From Amoebophrya sp. A120 (lineage: Eukaryota > Protista > Dinoflagellata), in contig CAJINV010000002.1 in NCBI GenBank assembly GCA_905178155.1, positions 7,470,743 through 7,534,742 on the forward strand: a DNA stretch of 64,000 bases, given 5' to 3'. Both the position numbers and the translations under genes were made by a program. Below, piece by piece: positions 55,801 through 64,000 of the stretch. Below the pieces are notes generated by a model. That model ran no database searches and was not told where the DNA came from. It worked only from the letters and a program-made list of their open reading frames with translations. Positions within the stretch are counted from its first letter, which is position 1. Each line of letters opens with the position of its first letter.

Positions 55801-57912
55801 CATGTCCAAGCGCGCCGTCCAGGCCAGCTCTGCATATTCCATGATCCAGGACGGATTTCCGCAAAAGTGGCTGAACACGTAGAACTTGTGATGTTTTCTT
55901 GGCACAACTATTGACGTCGAGCTCGAGCCTATTCCTTTGGGCGGACGAGAGGACCATGCGCTTCCGCTTTCTACTCCTTCGGTGTAATTATTCCTGCGCT
56001 TCGGAACGAAAGTGCTCCGCACGGTGCTGCCGGTAGTGAAGAGGGCTTCTGCTTCTGGTGGTCTCCTTTCGGCGGGGGACGAAGGTGCAAACATCCTCAT
56101 CTCGTCCCGGTTGTAGGCGGCTTCGCTTAAAAACCTCGGCCTCGTGAACGTATTCTTCAACTGCCCCATCATTTCGCAGTGCAAAAGGACGCAATCCTGG
56201 CCGTTGGGGTTGTACAGAAACGTGTTGGGAAGGAGTTTCTTCAGGTCTTTCATTGGCTGCTTTTCGCTCGATGTTTGAGTTTCACCCCGTTCGTCATCTT
56301 CGCGTCCTCCCACCATTGAGCTTACTAGTGCCTGGTCGTGATGAAAATCCAACAGTCGAGATTGACAGCTTGAGTGCGGGGCAAAGGTGTCGTTGCTCGA
56401 TTCAACAGTGCTTCCTCTCGTGCCATCCTGCCCAGGGTCCGAATCTTGGCGTTGCCGGGCGTCAGCAAAAGTTTCTCGGGAAGATACATTGTCCTCGACT
56501 CCTCGGGTTTCACTTGCCCAGGCGGGCGATTCATGGTGAAGAAAACTCGCAATCACGGTACACGTCTCGAGAACTTCGGTCGTGTCAAAGCGAATGCTAG
56601 TTCGAGGATCATCTTCCGCGAGAACGCTATCAGGAACGCCGCCGTATCCACACAAGCCTAAACTTTCCAAACCGACGCTCCCAGCAACATTGGTCCCCGG
56701 CAGCCCGGATTCCAAGAAGTGCGCTTTGCCGGCGAATGCGCTGTAGTAGGCGAACATTTCGGACATGGTGGGGAAAACGGAACTCCAAGTTGATGGTGTC
56801 ATCTTTACGTTGACATCCCCCGATAATTGGCTTCCCGAACCTGCCGAGCTGATTTCATCTGGTGTGCTGCTGATCGTGCCCTCATCTTCAGATCTTGCAG
56901 AAGACGCTGTCGTCTCGAAAATGCAATCACTCCAAAATTCGAACCAGCGCTGTATGATGATCTCCATTTGCCAAGTTGCGGTCGTGTGAAGAGACGGTCC
57001 AGCGGCCGAGACAGCAGACTCCGTTTGTCTGTGGAGATCCGCCTGATGTCCTTCGCTAATTCGACCTCCATCAGCCCCATGCTCGGATGAGTGATCGTTT
57101 GCGTTTGCGGAAGGCTCACTACTACTTAAAGTTTTCTCCGCAGCATCGCTCCCATAGCCGTACGTGTTGATGCGCGACCAGAGCTTCTCGTGACAAAGCA
57201 AACCCAGAAGTGCCTCCCCGGCCGGACACGTCAGGTGGTAGAGATTATTTTTCAGCGTGCTGGAGGCGCCGGCGCCAAAGTTCTCTTCATCTCCGTACAA
57301 CAGTGCGAAGTAGGAGAGCACACGGACAACGGAACTCGCTCCTGCTGCCGCGTCGTGGTAGTCGATAAACAAATGTCGACAAAGCAGGTCGGTGTCCAGA
57401 TCTTGGTCCAAGAAGCGCTGTGCGATTTTGTGTTCTACGAGATGTTGAGCGCTCTCGTTGCTTGCTCCAACAGTGGCGCGGCCTACTTCGTGCCCATGCT
57501 GTTCGAGCTCTGTGGTCGGCGTTGTAGCGAAGCCGCGAACCGCTCCGGAGCCTCTCCATGCCCTCGCCCCGCCGGATCGCAGCTGCCCAAACGAAAGCCC
57601 GGCTCTGCGCGCAACTCGGAACACGAGCTCGAGGTTGTGCCTCAGCGTAGTGCCTTTCCAGCAGTCGCATTTTGATTTTGTAAGAAGACTTCTTGCCTGG
57701 ACAACTGTAGAAAATGCAGACGGCGAAGGACTTGCACCAAAAGCTGTCAAATGAACCAGTATCCCAGTTGTAAGCGCTACAAAAAAACGAGGCACCATAA
57801 TGAAGCAGCTTCGGCCGACGCCTCTGCTCCTCGTTTTGCGATCTGAATTCATCATGAGTTTACATCCGTCGTATGTGTAGGACGGACGGGGCAACGCGCT
57901 ACCCAACAGCAC
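52813..57912 (-). CDS. Large secretory-pathway protein with GT31/Fringe-like (core-1 beta-1,3-galactosyltransferase-like) domain
   Basis: Uninterrupted 1699-aa ORF; hydrophobic N-terminal segment FFVALTTGILVHLTAFGAS; motifs in order VSCHVF...HREATFPYCD, NLLQKT, WHCFLESDVYFIPENFKRFV, FWLG, AGCFTERALLDF, YPVSF. Confidence 0.7.
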   Translation of the reverse strand: MLLGSALPRPSYTYDGCKLMMNSDRKTRSRGVGRSCFIMVPRFFVALTTGILVHLTAFGASPSPSAFSTVVQARSLLTKSKCDCWKGTTLRHNLELVFRVARRAGLSFGQLRSGGARAWRGSGAVRGFATTPTTELEQHGHEVGRATVGASNESAQHLVEHKIAQRFLDQDLDTDLLCRHLFIDYHDAAAGASSVVRVLSYFALLYGDEENFGAGASSTLKNNLYHLTCPAGEALLGLLCHEKLWSRINTYGYGSDAAEKTLSSSEPSANANDHSSEHGADGGRISEGHQADLHRQTESAVSAAGPSLHTTATWQMEIIIQRWFEFWSDCIFETTASSARSEDEGTISSTPDEISSAGSGSQLSGDVNVKMTPSTWSSVFPTMSEMFAYYSAFAGKAHFLESGLPGTNVAGSVGLESLGLCGYGGVPDSVLAEDDPRTSIRFDTTEVLETCTVIASFLHHESPAWASETRGVEDNVSSRETFADARQRQDSDPGQDGTRGSTVESSNDTFAPHSSCQSRLLDFHHDQALVSSMVGGREDDERGETQTSSEKQPMKDLKKLLPNTFLYNPNGQDCVLLHCEMMGQLKNTFTRPRFLSEAAYNRDEMRMFAPSSPAERRPPEAEALFTTGSTVRSTFVPKRRNNYTEGVESGSAWSSRPPKGIGSSSTSIVVPRKHHKFYVFSHFCGNPSWIMEYAELAWTARLDMLREQLDEEELNRNKDKIRQDWGFMLRREKETIDVVAAGSTGGGVVASATATVEDGATSSTEQGRSLAQQHSLDHFIFKLFGAETTPQSYSHNLKMELAEVAASADTSESERLYHEADSGLCRIQPVAAPFSHARWPKSTERAVDDLLAGADLKLYEEERKQILEALQPPESTSPGASISAGAAGEAQNENPLFDKASAAIHVSCHVFLVWPQEQDLLTEHREATFPYCDGVRSIVVSSAVGDVQSLRERLRSAGKVESDANSNSDAAGQRDSSAAPVQHRILNLQEVFPHTPIRVDEWISRDVDKEVPTTSSSEAPGSMDLATIAGRNGVSNRGSRREPPSSSGGSGPAAAPTRNLLQKTHYGMVAVADAVYQANVAEVEPSSAASARTNVMKWHCFLESDVYFIPENFKRFVYSRFMMLDKKTNTDAQEQNFEDRDSRSFWLGLVHSHRVAASEGYLLEPLQAGCFTERALLDFAAFLKTKLSSRRDVDEFRADTEEASSPSPDAASKAAVGLSYSSAEDEDLTDVRPSGTDKVLSSVDANSCDDPFNPNVDMLFLHVFSACVKHVRPLIRYFPALPASELRRSLGSLSSPDTTQPRPGIIFAPFTEPYGRVYHAGPLNLMGSFTPRQWRASSWSYQIPQLGNTNDHWLLSNNKAMSYYLCLGDQLEIAEAEKTEERNAEIVAKSLLAENDDEQDEMQKVDHHKVENVEDSDAAPESSIRVTGKERQLPQEAKLSKKSALLGKLNLVSRYPVSFDGHFSVEKSLFFVGKTAPRKQNFPIRILHRMVRLQQFDCPEKFCGTLRPVVWGREMATQDRSVGEDVGIDGSPSPFSDKCGKGLVAATGVYPATERTAENDGRDDIDVTDTTPCPVTEHQEKEDPTHSSLPEANTTAIVAALKHRVSMMWKNDLSGTARALLATLPTARNALFWTFLWTAAFFDEGASSGEKLGTLSDTLRETVVEKIEACWVSAGLDRRLGIAREAELIDQFLRECGTT

Positions 57913-58709
57913 AATGAAATTGCCGCTCGGTCATCAAGGTCAAACGTGAGGCACTACACCTATCCTTACTTGCCGTTCAGGGGAAGACAAGAAAATGCAT
58001 CTACTCTCATCGTCACCTGCAGAAGAGGTTGACTCATGGAACTTCCACACCACGAACGAACGAACCAACATCAGAACTTTGAAAACCACGCTTGATCTTC
58101 TCAGACGCGATCATCCGACGCGGGGCCGGGGGACCGGCAACGTGACAGGAGGTGCTGACGAATAAAACGTCAGAACTGTGAAACCACCTACACCTCATTT
58201 TTCAATAGATACGGTGTTCTAATTTGATCGCGTCGACGTCTGTCACGACGATCTTATTTCGATCTCCTGGTCCTGCTTTATTCTCAACTGCGAACTATGC
58301 GGCTGTGCTTGGTTCTTTGTGTTCTTCTTCTTCTTTACCAGCATCTTAGAATGACCCACTTTTCTTTTTTCCCCACCTTCTCCCGCATCTTCCATCCCCT
58401 GGCACAACACTGGTGTGCGCGTCCTCGCGAAGTTTGTATTGCTCCAGCTTACCGATCAACGCGCCCGTCGTTTGGCTTCTGCGTAGAGCGTGCAGGCCTG
58501 TCTTGGCCGTCGGAAACAGATCGTGCGATATCCCATGATCGTAATGCGGTCGTGCCGGCCTTTGCTGCTTTGCCGAGGCGACATGGCCGGTACCTGTGGT
58601 CATGATGGAAAAGAACAGTGGAGCCAGTGTCTCGCAGTTTTTGACTTCGTCGACCCATATTGGTTGTACCCAGCTGTAGAACAAGAAAACGCGGCACCAA
58701 TCTAGATGT

Positions 58710-60950
58710 TCATGTTCCTGGACCAGCGCGAACGAAGAGACCAACAAATAACAACCACACACACACTGAACAAAAAATATTAAAGCACTCGACTTTATTC
58801 AGAATACCACTCTCCACGATCAACGGCGGCGGCACGTTGACCTTCTGTGCGCGCCACAGGAAGGGTCGCATGTGCCGGATGTACCAGTGGCGCCTGTTGC
58901 GGATGATGCCGTGCCGCAACGGGAAGGTGACCCGGTGTTGCCGCAAGAACTGGCTGGGCTGCTCCGGCAGCGCGATGAGTCTCTTGAACATCTGCTGGTA
59001 GAATTTCCGAGCGGTGATCGGCCTTCTCTCTGGCAAATACCGCTGCTCCAGCTTCACCAGCTCGTCCCGCAAAATTTCGCACGTCGCAAAATCCTTCTCG
59101 ATTAGCTTGATCGTGATCTGCCGCGAGTCTAGAGTACTAGGGGGCTGGTGGTCAGCAGAGGGCCTGGTAGCAGTAGGAGCTGCAGACGTAGAAGAGCTGC
59201 CAGAGTTAGAGGGACTTCGAGAAGAAGTTGCAACAACATCACCAAATCTGTACTCGTCGTTCCGCAAGACCGCCTCGACGGCTTCTTCGAGCAAAATCCG
59301 TGCGGAGTCCCGGGGCTCGTAGCCGTAAAGACCCATTCCGAGGTGCTGCATGATGATCGTGTGCCTATCTCTCCCCAAGGGAAAAGTTTCGTTCGAGATT
59401 GCATTTTTCGTGGCCCCAGCTCCACTCGTGGATGTAGAGAAAAACCTCAGAGTCGCTTTGCTTTTTTGCAAGGGTTTTTTGGAAGATGTAGTAGATGGAA
59501 CTGTTGCGGGCACCGCACGCAGCGAAGATCCGCTGTGGCCCGCGACGACGTTCCTTGACTCGTACAACTCTTTACCTTCTCCAAAGCTCCGACTGCGGAA
59601 TGAATCTTCAGCGGCAATGCGCGAACTCTGTCCAGGCAACCACGACATTGTGGACCCGAACGACGCAGTTGCACTTGAAGATGTTGAGGCCCGCTCCTCT
59701 TCCTCGGTCAGAAGCGCGCTTTTGTCAAACGCTAACGTTTTCCGCAGCCCCTGCTTCACGCAGTGTCGGAGCCGTTGCGCCGCATCCAGCGCCGAACCCT
59801 GCCAAAAGTACGGCGTTATCAAGAAACTCAGCCGGTCGCAGAGTTCGTGCAGTGCAGGGGTGTCGTCCGAGCAGTCAAAGTGACTTTCTGTTGATGAAGA
59901 ACTTTCATTGGATCCGCCTCCCAGCAGCTCCTGTTCCGCCAGATCGTGCTCGTCTTCTCCAAACCGCCACGCAGACGCATGACCTGATGTTGAAGGCGCA
60001 GTCGGTACTGTGACCACATCCCCGATGTCCAGTTGCGGGCTCGCCTGCTCAAAATACGTGCGATTCCGCTTTTCCAGGATCCGCCGGGACTCGCGGAACA
60101 CGTCCTTCACCTTCTCTTCGCCGATGCTTTCCAAAACATCCAACGAGAAACCCCGGCTGGGAAGAAAGTTGGGAATCATCGGGACCAACCAGCTGGTCGT
60201 TGTACTAGAATTCGTTCTTGCAGATGATGAAGATGAAGATCCTCCGGGACGAGATGATGAGGAGCTGCTGGCACCACTACCGGTGCTGGTGCCAGCAAAC
60301 GATGTAGGTGCTTGCTCATCTGCAAATGCGCTAAAACCCCTCTTCCCCCGGTCCCCGGCGTCCTTCCGGTACCGAAACAGGTCTCCGTGGTGGACTTCCA
60401 CCGACCCGAATCCCGGAAGTTCAAATTCGGCTATCTTACCCCGGTACCGCGGCCCGCGCAAAGCGTCGGCGAACATGTTGGTGCTCTGGTTTGTTTCTGT
60501 AGCGGTGCTGCACTGCGCGCCGGTGCTGCTGCTTGAGGTCGCAGAGGAAGATGAAGAGGATCCTCCTGAGGAGGTTCCCCCGGTCGTTGTACAAACACTC
60601 TCTGCTCCACCATGTCCATGACCAGCAACATCTCCGGGTTCGAAGTGAATCCCGAACCGCTCATTGGCACGCTGGTGCGCGGTCTTCAGCGTCTTGTCGT
60701 ACTGTCCCCCGCTGGGGTTAAGCATCTGGGGGCTCTTCTGCTCCAGTTTTGGGCCCAACTGCCGAATGTAGTCGACGTGGAGCTTATTGGCCCGGTCCCG
60801 GAACCGAGAAAACCGGTTCTTGCCGCCGCCCTGCCAGCCCGGCGCAAACCGGTGGTGCGCGCGGGAGAGCTTGAACAGATTCGGGCGGTGGGAGGAGGAA
60901 GAGCAAGCTGACGCGGGGACGAAAACAACTACCTGGGAAACGAACGACAT
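58710..60950 (-). CDS. Macrodomain-containing protein with basic termini, possibly mitochondrial
   Basis: Macro motifs VEVHHGDL, LDIGDVVTV, FLITPYFW, HLGMGLYGYEPRDSARILLEEA; Arg/aromatic-rich N- and C-termini; 3' end may have another exon. Confidence 0.7.
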   Translation of the reverse strand: MSFVSQVVVFVPASACSSSSHRPNLFKLSRAHHRFAPGWQGGGKNRFSRFRDRANKLHVDYIRQLGPKLEQKSPQMLNPSGGQYDKTLKTAHQRANERFGIHFEPGDVAGHGHGGAESVCTTTGGTSSGGSSSSSSATSSSSTGAQCSTATETNQSTNMFADALRGPRYRGKIAEFELPGFGSVEVHHGDLFRYRKDAGDRGKRGFSAFADEQAPTSFAGTSTGSGASSSSSSRPGGSSSSSSARTNSSTTTSWLVPMIPNFLPSRGFSLDVLESIGEEKVKDVFRESRRILEKRNRTYFEQASPQLDIGDVVTVPTAPSTSGHASAWRFGEDEHDLAEQELLGGGSNESSSSTESHFDCSDDTPALHELCDRLSFLITPYFWQGSALDAAQRLRHCVKQGLRKTLAFDKSALLTEEEERASTSSSATASFGSTMSWLPGQSSRIAAEDSFRSRSFGEGKELYESRNVVAGHSGSSLRAVPATVPSTTSSKKPLQKSKATLRFFSTSTSGAGATKNAISNETFPLGRDRHTIIMQHLGMGLYGYEPRDSARILLEEAVEAVLRNDEYRFGDVVATSSRSPSNSGSSSTSAAPTATRPSADHQPPSTLDSRQITIKLIEKDFATCEILRDELVKLEQRYLPERRPITARKFYQQMFKRLIALPEQPSQFLRQHRVTFPLRHGIIRNRRHWYIRHMRPFLWRAQKVNVPPPLIVESGILNKVECFNIFCSVCVWLLFVGLFVRAGPGT

Positions 60951-61229
60951 TGGAGCCGCCCTTAGGGAAAAATCATGTACAGTTACACCAGTAGCAGTAC
61001 TACATGAATATGCTGAAAGCTCGCAAATTGATTCCCCATCCGAAAATCAAACTAAATGCTGATGGGCGCCCTTGTACTAGTTGTAGTTCTTCAGCATCCA
61101 TGCCCATGAAAAATAACACTTAGTCGCATGCTGACCATCGGATTTTTCTGGCCGGCAGCGCATTTAGAAAGTCAACAAAACGACTACGGGCCAAAACATA
61201 GATTGAACAATAGGACGCTGTCAGGCTAC

Positions 61230-62800
61230 TCGGACTATACGAGCAGGCATGCCTGCGGGGAGTAATATTGACACCGGCCCCCCCGAGGAGCCGAATTGGC
61301 GACCCCGGACCTAGTAGGTACACGACAAGGACAGGGCGCGGGGCATGCAGCTGCTCTGCGGGCAGGCTGGCCTAATAGCCGACACAACAAACCGGGCAAG
61401 CCACAAAACACGGCGCCCAATTATGGCCATCGCGACGGAAAAGGGCAGCACGGGCGACGCCACACAACGCGGGGCCGGAACGGGGCGACACCTCCAACCC
61501 TGGGCCCACCTTGCCAGAAGTTGCAAAGTGAGTCGAAGGCCGCAGGCTTCGCACTGGCAGACCGGGGCCGCCGCGGGGCCGCCCAGCCAGAAGCCAAAAG
61601 AAAGCGGCCGGGCGCGCAATCAGGTTGGCGCGCGCCGGCCAAAAGGCGGGAAGGCAAGGCCGGGGGCACACAAAACAAAGGGCCCGCCCCTGAAAGGGCC
61701 GCGGGCCGAGGAAGCCGGCAGATCCAGAAGGGCCGTCGGCGGCCCCCAGTTAACACAAAAAGTAAGAGGCGCGCCGGCTGGGCTGCGGCCCCCCGGATGG
61801 AGATATCTGCGCGCCGCTTGGATATCTTCTAAGTACATGGGAACGGTACTGGTTCCAAACAAAGGGCGCGCGCCTGGCCCCGGGCTCCGCCCCACCCGGG
61901 GCCAAAATAAGGCGCCGGGGCGCCTCGCCGCCTGCCTGCGTGCTGCCATACCAGAAGGCGCGCGCGCGCCGGGCCGGAGGCGCGCAAAGGTCTCGCCCCC
62001 CATTATTGGGCGAGGGAGGGGCGGGGCGGCAAAGTCGCCACAAGGAAGCAAGCCCCCGCCCGGACGACTGTCGCCCGAGTTCGCGCGCTGTCGAACGAAC
62101 ACGGGGGCGCTTGGTCAATCGCAGGGCTCGGGGGCGCGCAACGCGCTCCCTTAGAAGGGTGCGCGCTGGCCAATGGGGGCGCGCACGCCGGGCGGTCTTC
62201 TGCGGGCCGGGGGCCTCGCGCTCTTGAGGGAGGCCAATAGGGCAGCGCTCGCGCCCTGAAAGGGAGGCGGGCGCCGCCTCTTCGATTGGGGGGCCCAGTG
62301 GACCTATCGCCGCAAATGTGCCGGCCCGCTATGCCACCCCTAGCTTTTATTTACCCGGCCAGGCGAAACCCTGCCCCGAGACCTTGGCGGCCTCCCATTG
62401 TTTGCCCGGCCGGGAGACCGCAGGGCGGCACGATGCAAGGGGCGGGGCGAACTGCCTGCGGCGGGGCCCTCTGTCCCTCCTCGTTAGCTCGGGCGCGGTA
62501 GTGTTCACGCGTGCGCTCCTCGTTGTGCCAGAGAATACGGTCGGGGTGAGCTGCTCGATGTCCTGGGGCCGGTGGCCAAGAAACAAAGGCGCCGCCGCCG
62601 GGCTTCCCCACCGCGCTCCCCCATGCTGCAGGCCCCCCGGTTTGGGGGAGGGGGGGTTCGCTCTGGGCGCCGGCGCCGGCCGCCGCGGCGCTGTGGCCCC
62701 CCTCCGGTTGCGCGAGCTCGGAAACTGGGGCGCAGGGCTCTACCAGCGCCGTCGACTTGGTTGAAAGGGTCCCTCGTCTCCTTCGCCAACGTCCCGGCCT
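61230..62800 (-). mobile_element. GC-rich decayed element, possibly an LTR-retrotransposon integrase remnant
   Basis: Composition like the 10.8-13.3 kb inserts; PPSPNNGG...FVWNQYRSHVLRRY in ORF 61750-62118 loosely resembles integrase HPQSNG...WDQYLPHVLFAY. Boundaries approximate. Confidence 0.35.
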
Positions 62801-63464
62801 GTGCGAACAATATCGCCCGCGTCAATGTGATCGCAGGCAGAAAATATATAGTGACTCGCGAGCGGAAGGCTAATAAAAAGAATAGCGGCGCCGGTGGTCT
62901 CCTACTTCCGACTGTTCGGCGGTTGTTAGCGAACAAACATCGGCGAATACGGCAGAAGTGCTCGTTTGCCACATGCTCTTCGTCGGGGTGTGGTGGGGCA
63001 ACGCCCAGTATTCATTGTGATCCGACTACACTTAGGCAAGCACTCTACCTATGTCACAAATGCCGCCGGCTGGGAGTAGGCGGAACTCTAGCTTCTCTGT
63101 CTTCCAACTTGAGTCTTGATCTTGCTTCCACGTCGATACATGTATCGCGTCTTTTGATTATATTCATGTTTCAGCTTCTCGTAGTCACTAGGTAAGTTCG
63201 CAGCTTGAGCTTACACTATCACGGAAGTAGCTTTATTTCTCTGTCGTATTCATGATTACATACGTAGGTCACTGGGCATGCACTAATCTAACTTAGAAAA
63301 TGAAAATCAAAATGCTGGTAATGCAGCAACATTTGAGCAATCGTACATGTAGAAAATATGAAGTGCTCTCAAAGTAGATTGAAAAGCCATATTAAAAAGA
63401 TCACAACACACCACGAGATCGACCATCATACATCAACACCCCCAATGCGAAAACCTCCCGTCCA

Positions 63465-64000
63465 TCACCGCGCCGAATTGGTGGAGTGCAGTCGCAGGCT
63501 AGCGGATCTCCGAATGCTACTGATTGCAGTCGTCTTTTCGGCTACCGAAACCGGTCGGCTGCGGTTCACCGAACCCGAACGGCTCTGACCAGAGTTGTTA
63601 GCTGACGAGGTGATGTTGCTCTGGCCCATAGACATCGACGGCGCTCCCTGGAGGTCTCTTCTGCTCGGCGTGAAGGACCGGCGAGAGTCGGAGTTTTTCG
63701 TCGTCGCCGCCATCTTGCCACTCAGACTCTGCCACTGCTTCTGCTGATTGAGATTGTGATTTCCCGTCATGACATCAAAGTCATCTACTTGCAAAAGCGT
63801 CGGACCGCTGCGGATTTCATGGCTAGCTGTAGCCACAGAAGGTTTATTTCCGGGCGCCGTCGACGCTGCTACCTGCCCGGCAGAGGGTCTGCTATTTCTC
63901 GCGCTCAGGTGGTCCATACCAAACTCATCATTTTCCTCTGCGAAGGAGACTGCGTCGTGGACTTGTTGAAAGGAGCGTGAATTCGCGTAGTTGGAGGACG
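63465..64000 (-). CDS. 3' end of a Ser/Arg-rich low-complexity protein (5' part outside window)
   Basis: Frame of ORF 63465-63917 remains open to the window edge (...SFAEENDEFGMDHL). Confidence 0.6.
   Translation of the reverse strand, partial: SSNYANSRSFQQVHDAVSFAEENDEFGMDHLSARNSRPSAGQVAASTAPGNKPSVATASHEIRSGPTLLQVDDFDVMTGNHNLNQQKQWQSLSGKMAATTKNSDSRRSFTPSRRDLQGAPSMSMGQSNITSSANNSGQSRSGSVNRSRPVSVAEKTTAISSIRRSASLRLHSTNSAR

Noticed and set aside
148-63980. Numerous plus-strand ORFs (e.g. 24341-25156, 45112-45966, 47576-48274, 49540-50130)
   Set aside because: Antisense shadows of GC3-biased minus-strand genes; no recognisable domains.

Overview
Eukaryotic, intron-containing genomic DNA. About 14 protein-coding genes or gene fragments are recognisable, all on the minus strand. 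The co-oriented genes, the low-complexity Ser/Gly/Ala insertions, a VKNTF motif and the many non-canonical TIR-bearing introns point to a syndinian dinoflagellate, most like Amoebophrya sp. A120 (inference, no search run). Genes: a divergent four-repeat 6TM cation channel (runs off the left edge), a tandem-CCCH protein, a greatly expanded MAEA/Gid9 CTLH subunit, a PRELI/MSF1 protein, a double-TerD protein with a CaaX end, a secreted coiled-coil protein, a GT31/Fringe-like glycosyltransferase, a macrodomain protein and several unknowns. The dominant hidden structure is about 21 short (109-317 bp) mobile introns (introner elements, IEs). They begin TAT, end ATA (three have TAC/GTA at one end) and sit between 5-nt target duplications. 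For the 19 genic copies whose flanking frames I could read, removing the element plus 5 nt rejoins the ORFs in frame. They span young perfect copies to decayed copies that are now ordinary GT-AG introns, and unrelated families share an internal TTGTVATGC motif. At 10.76-13.5 kb a 60-70 bp host segment is triplicated around two ~1.2 kb GC-rich inserts, and the middle copy is the empty, IE-less form. Gene models were assembled by hand; splice points need RNA-seq.
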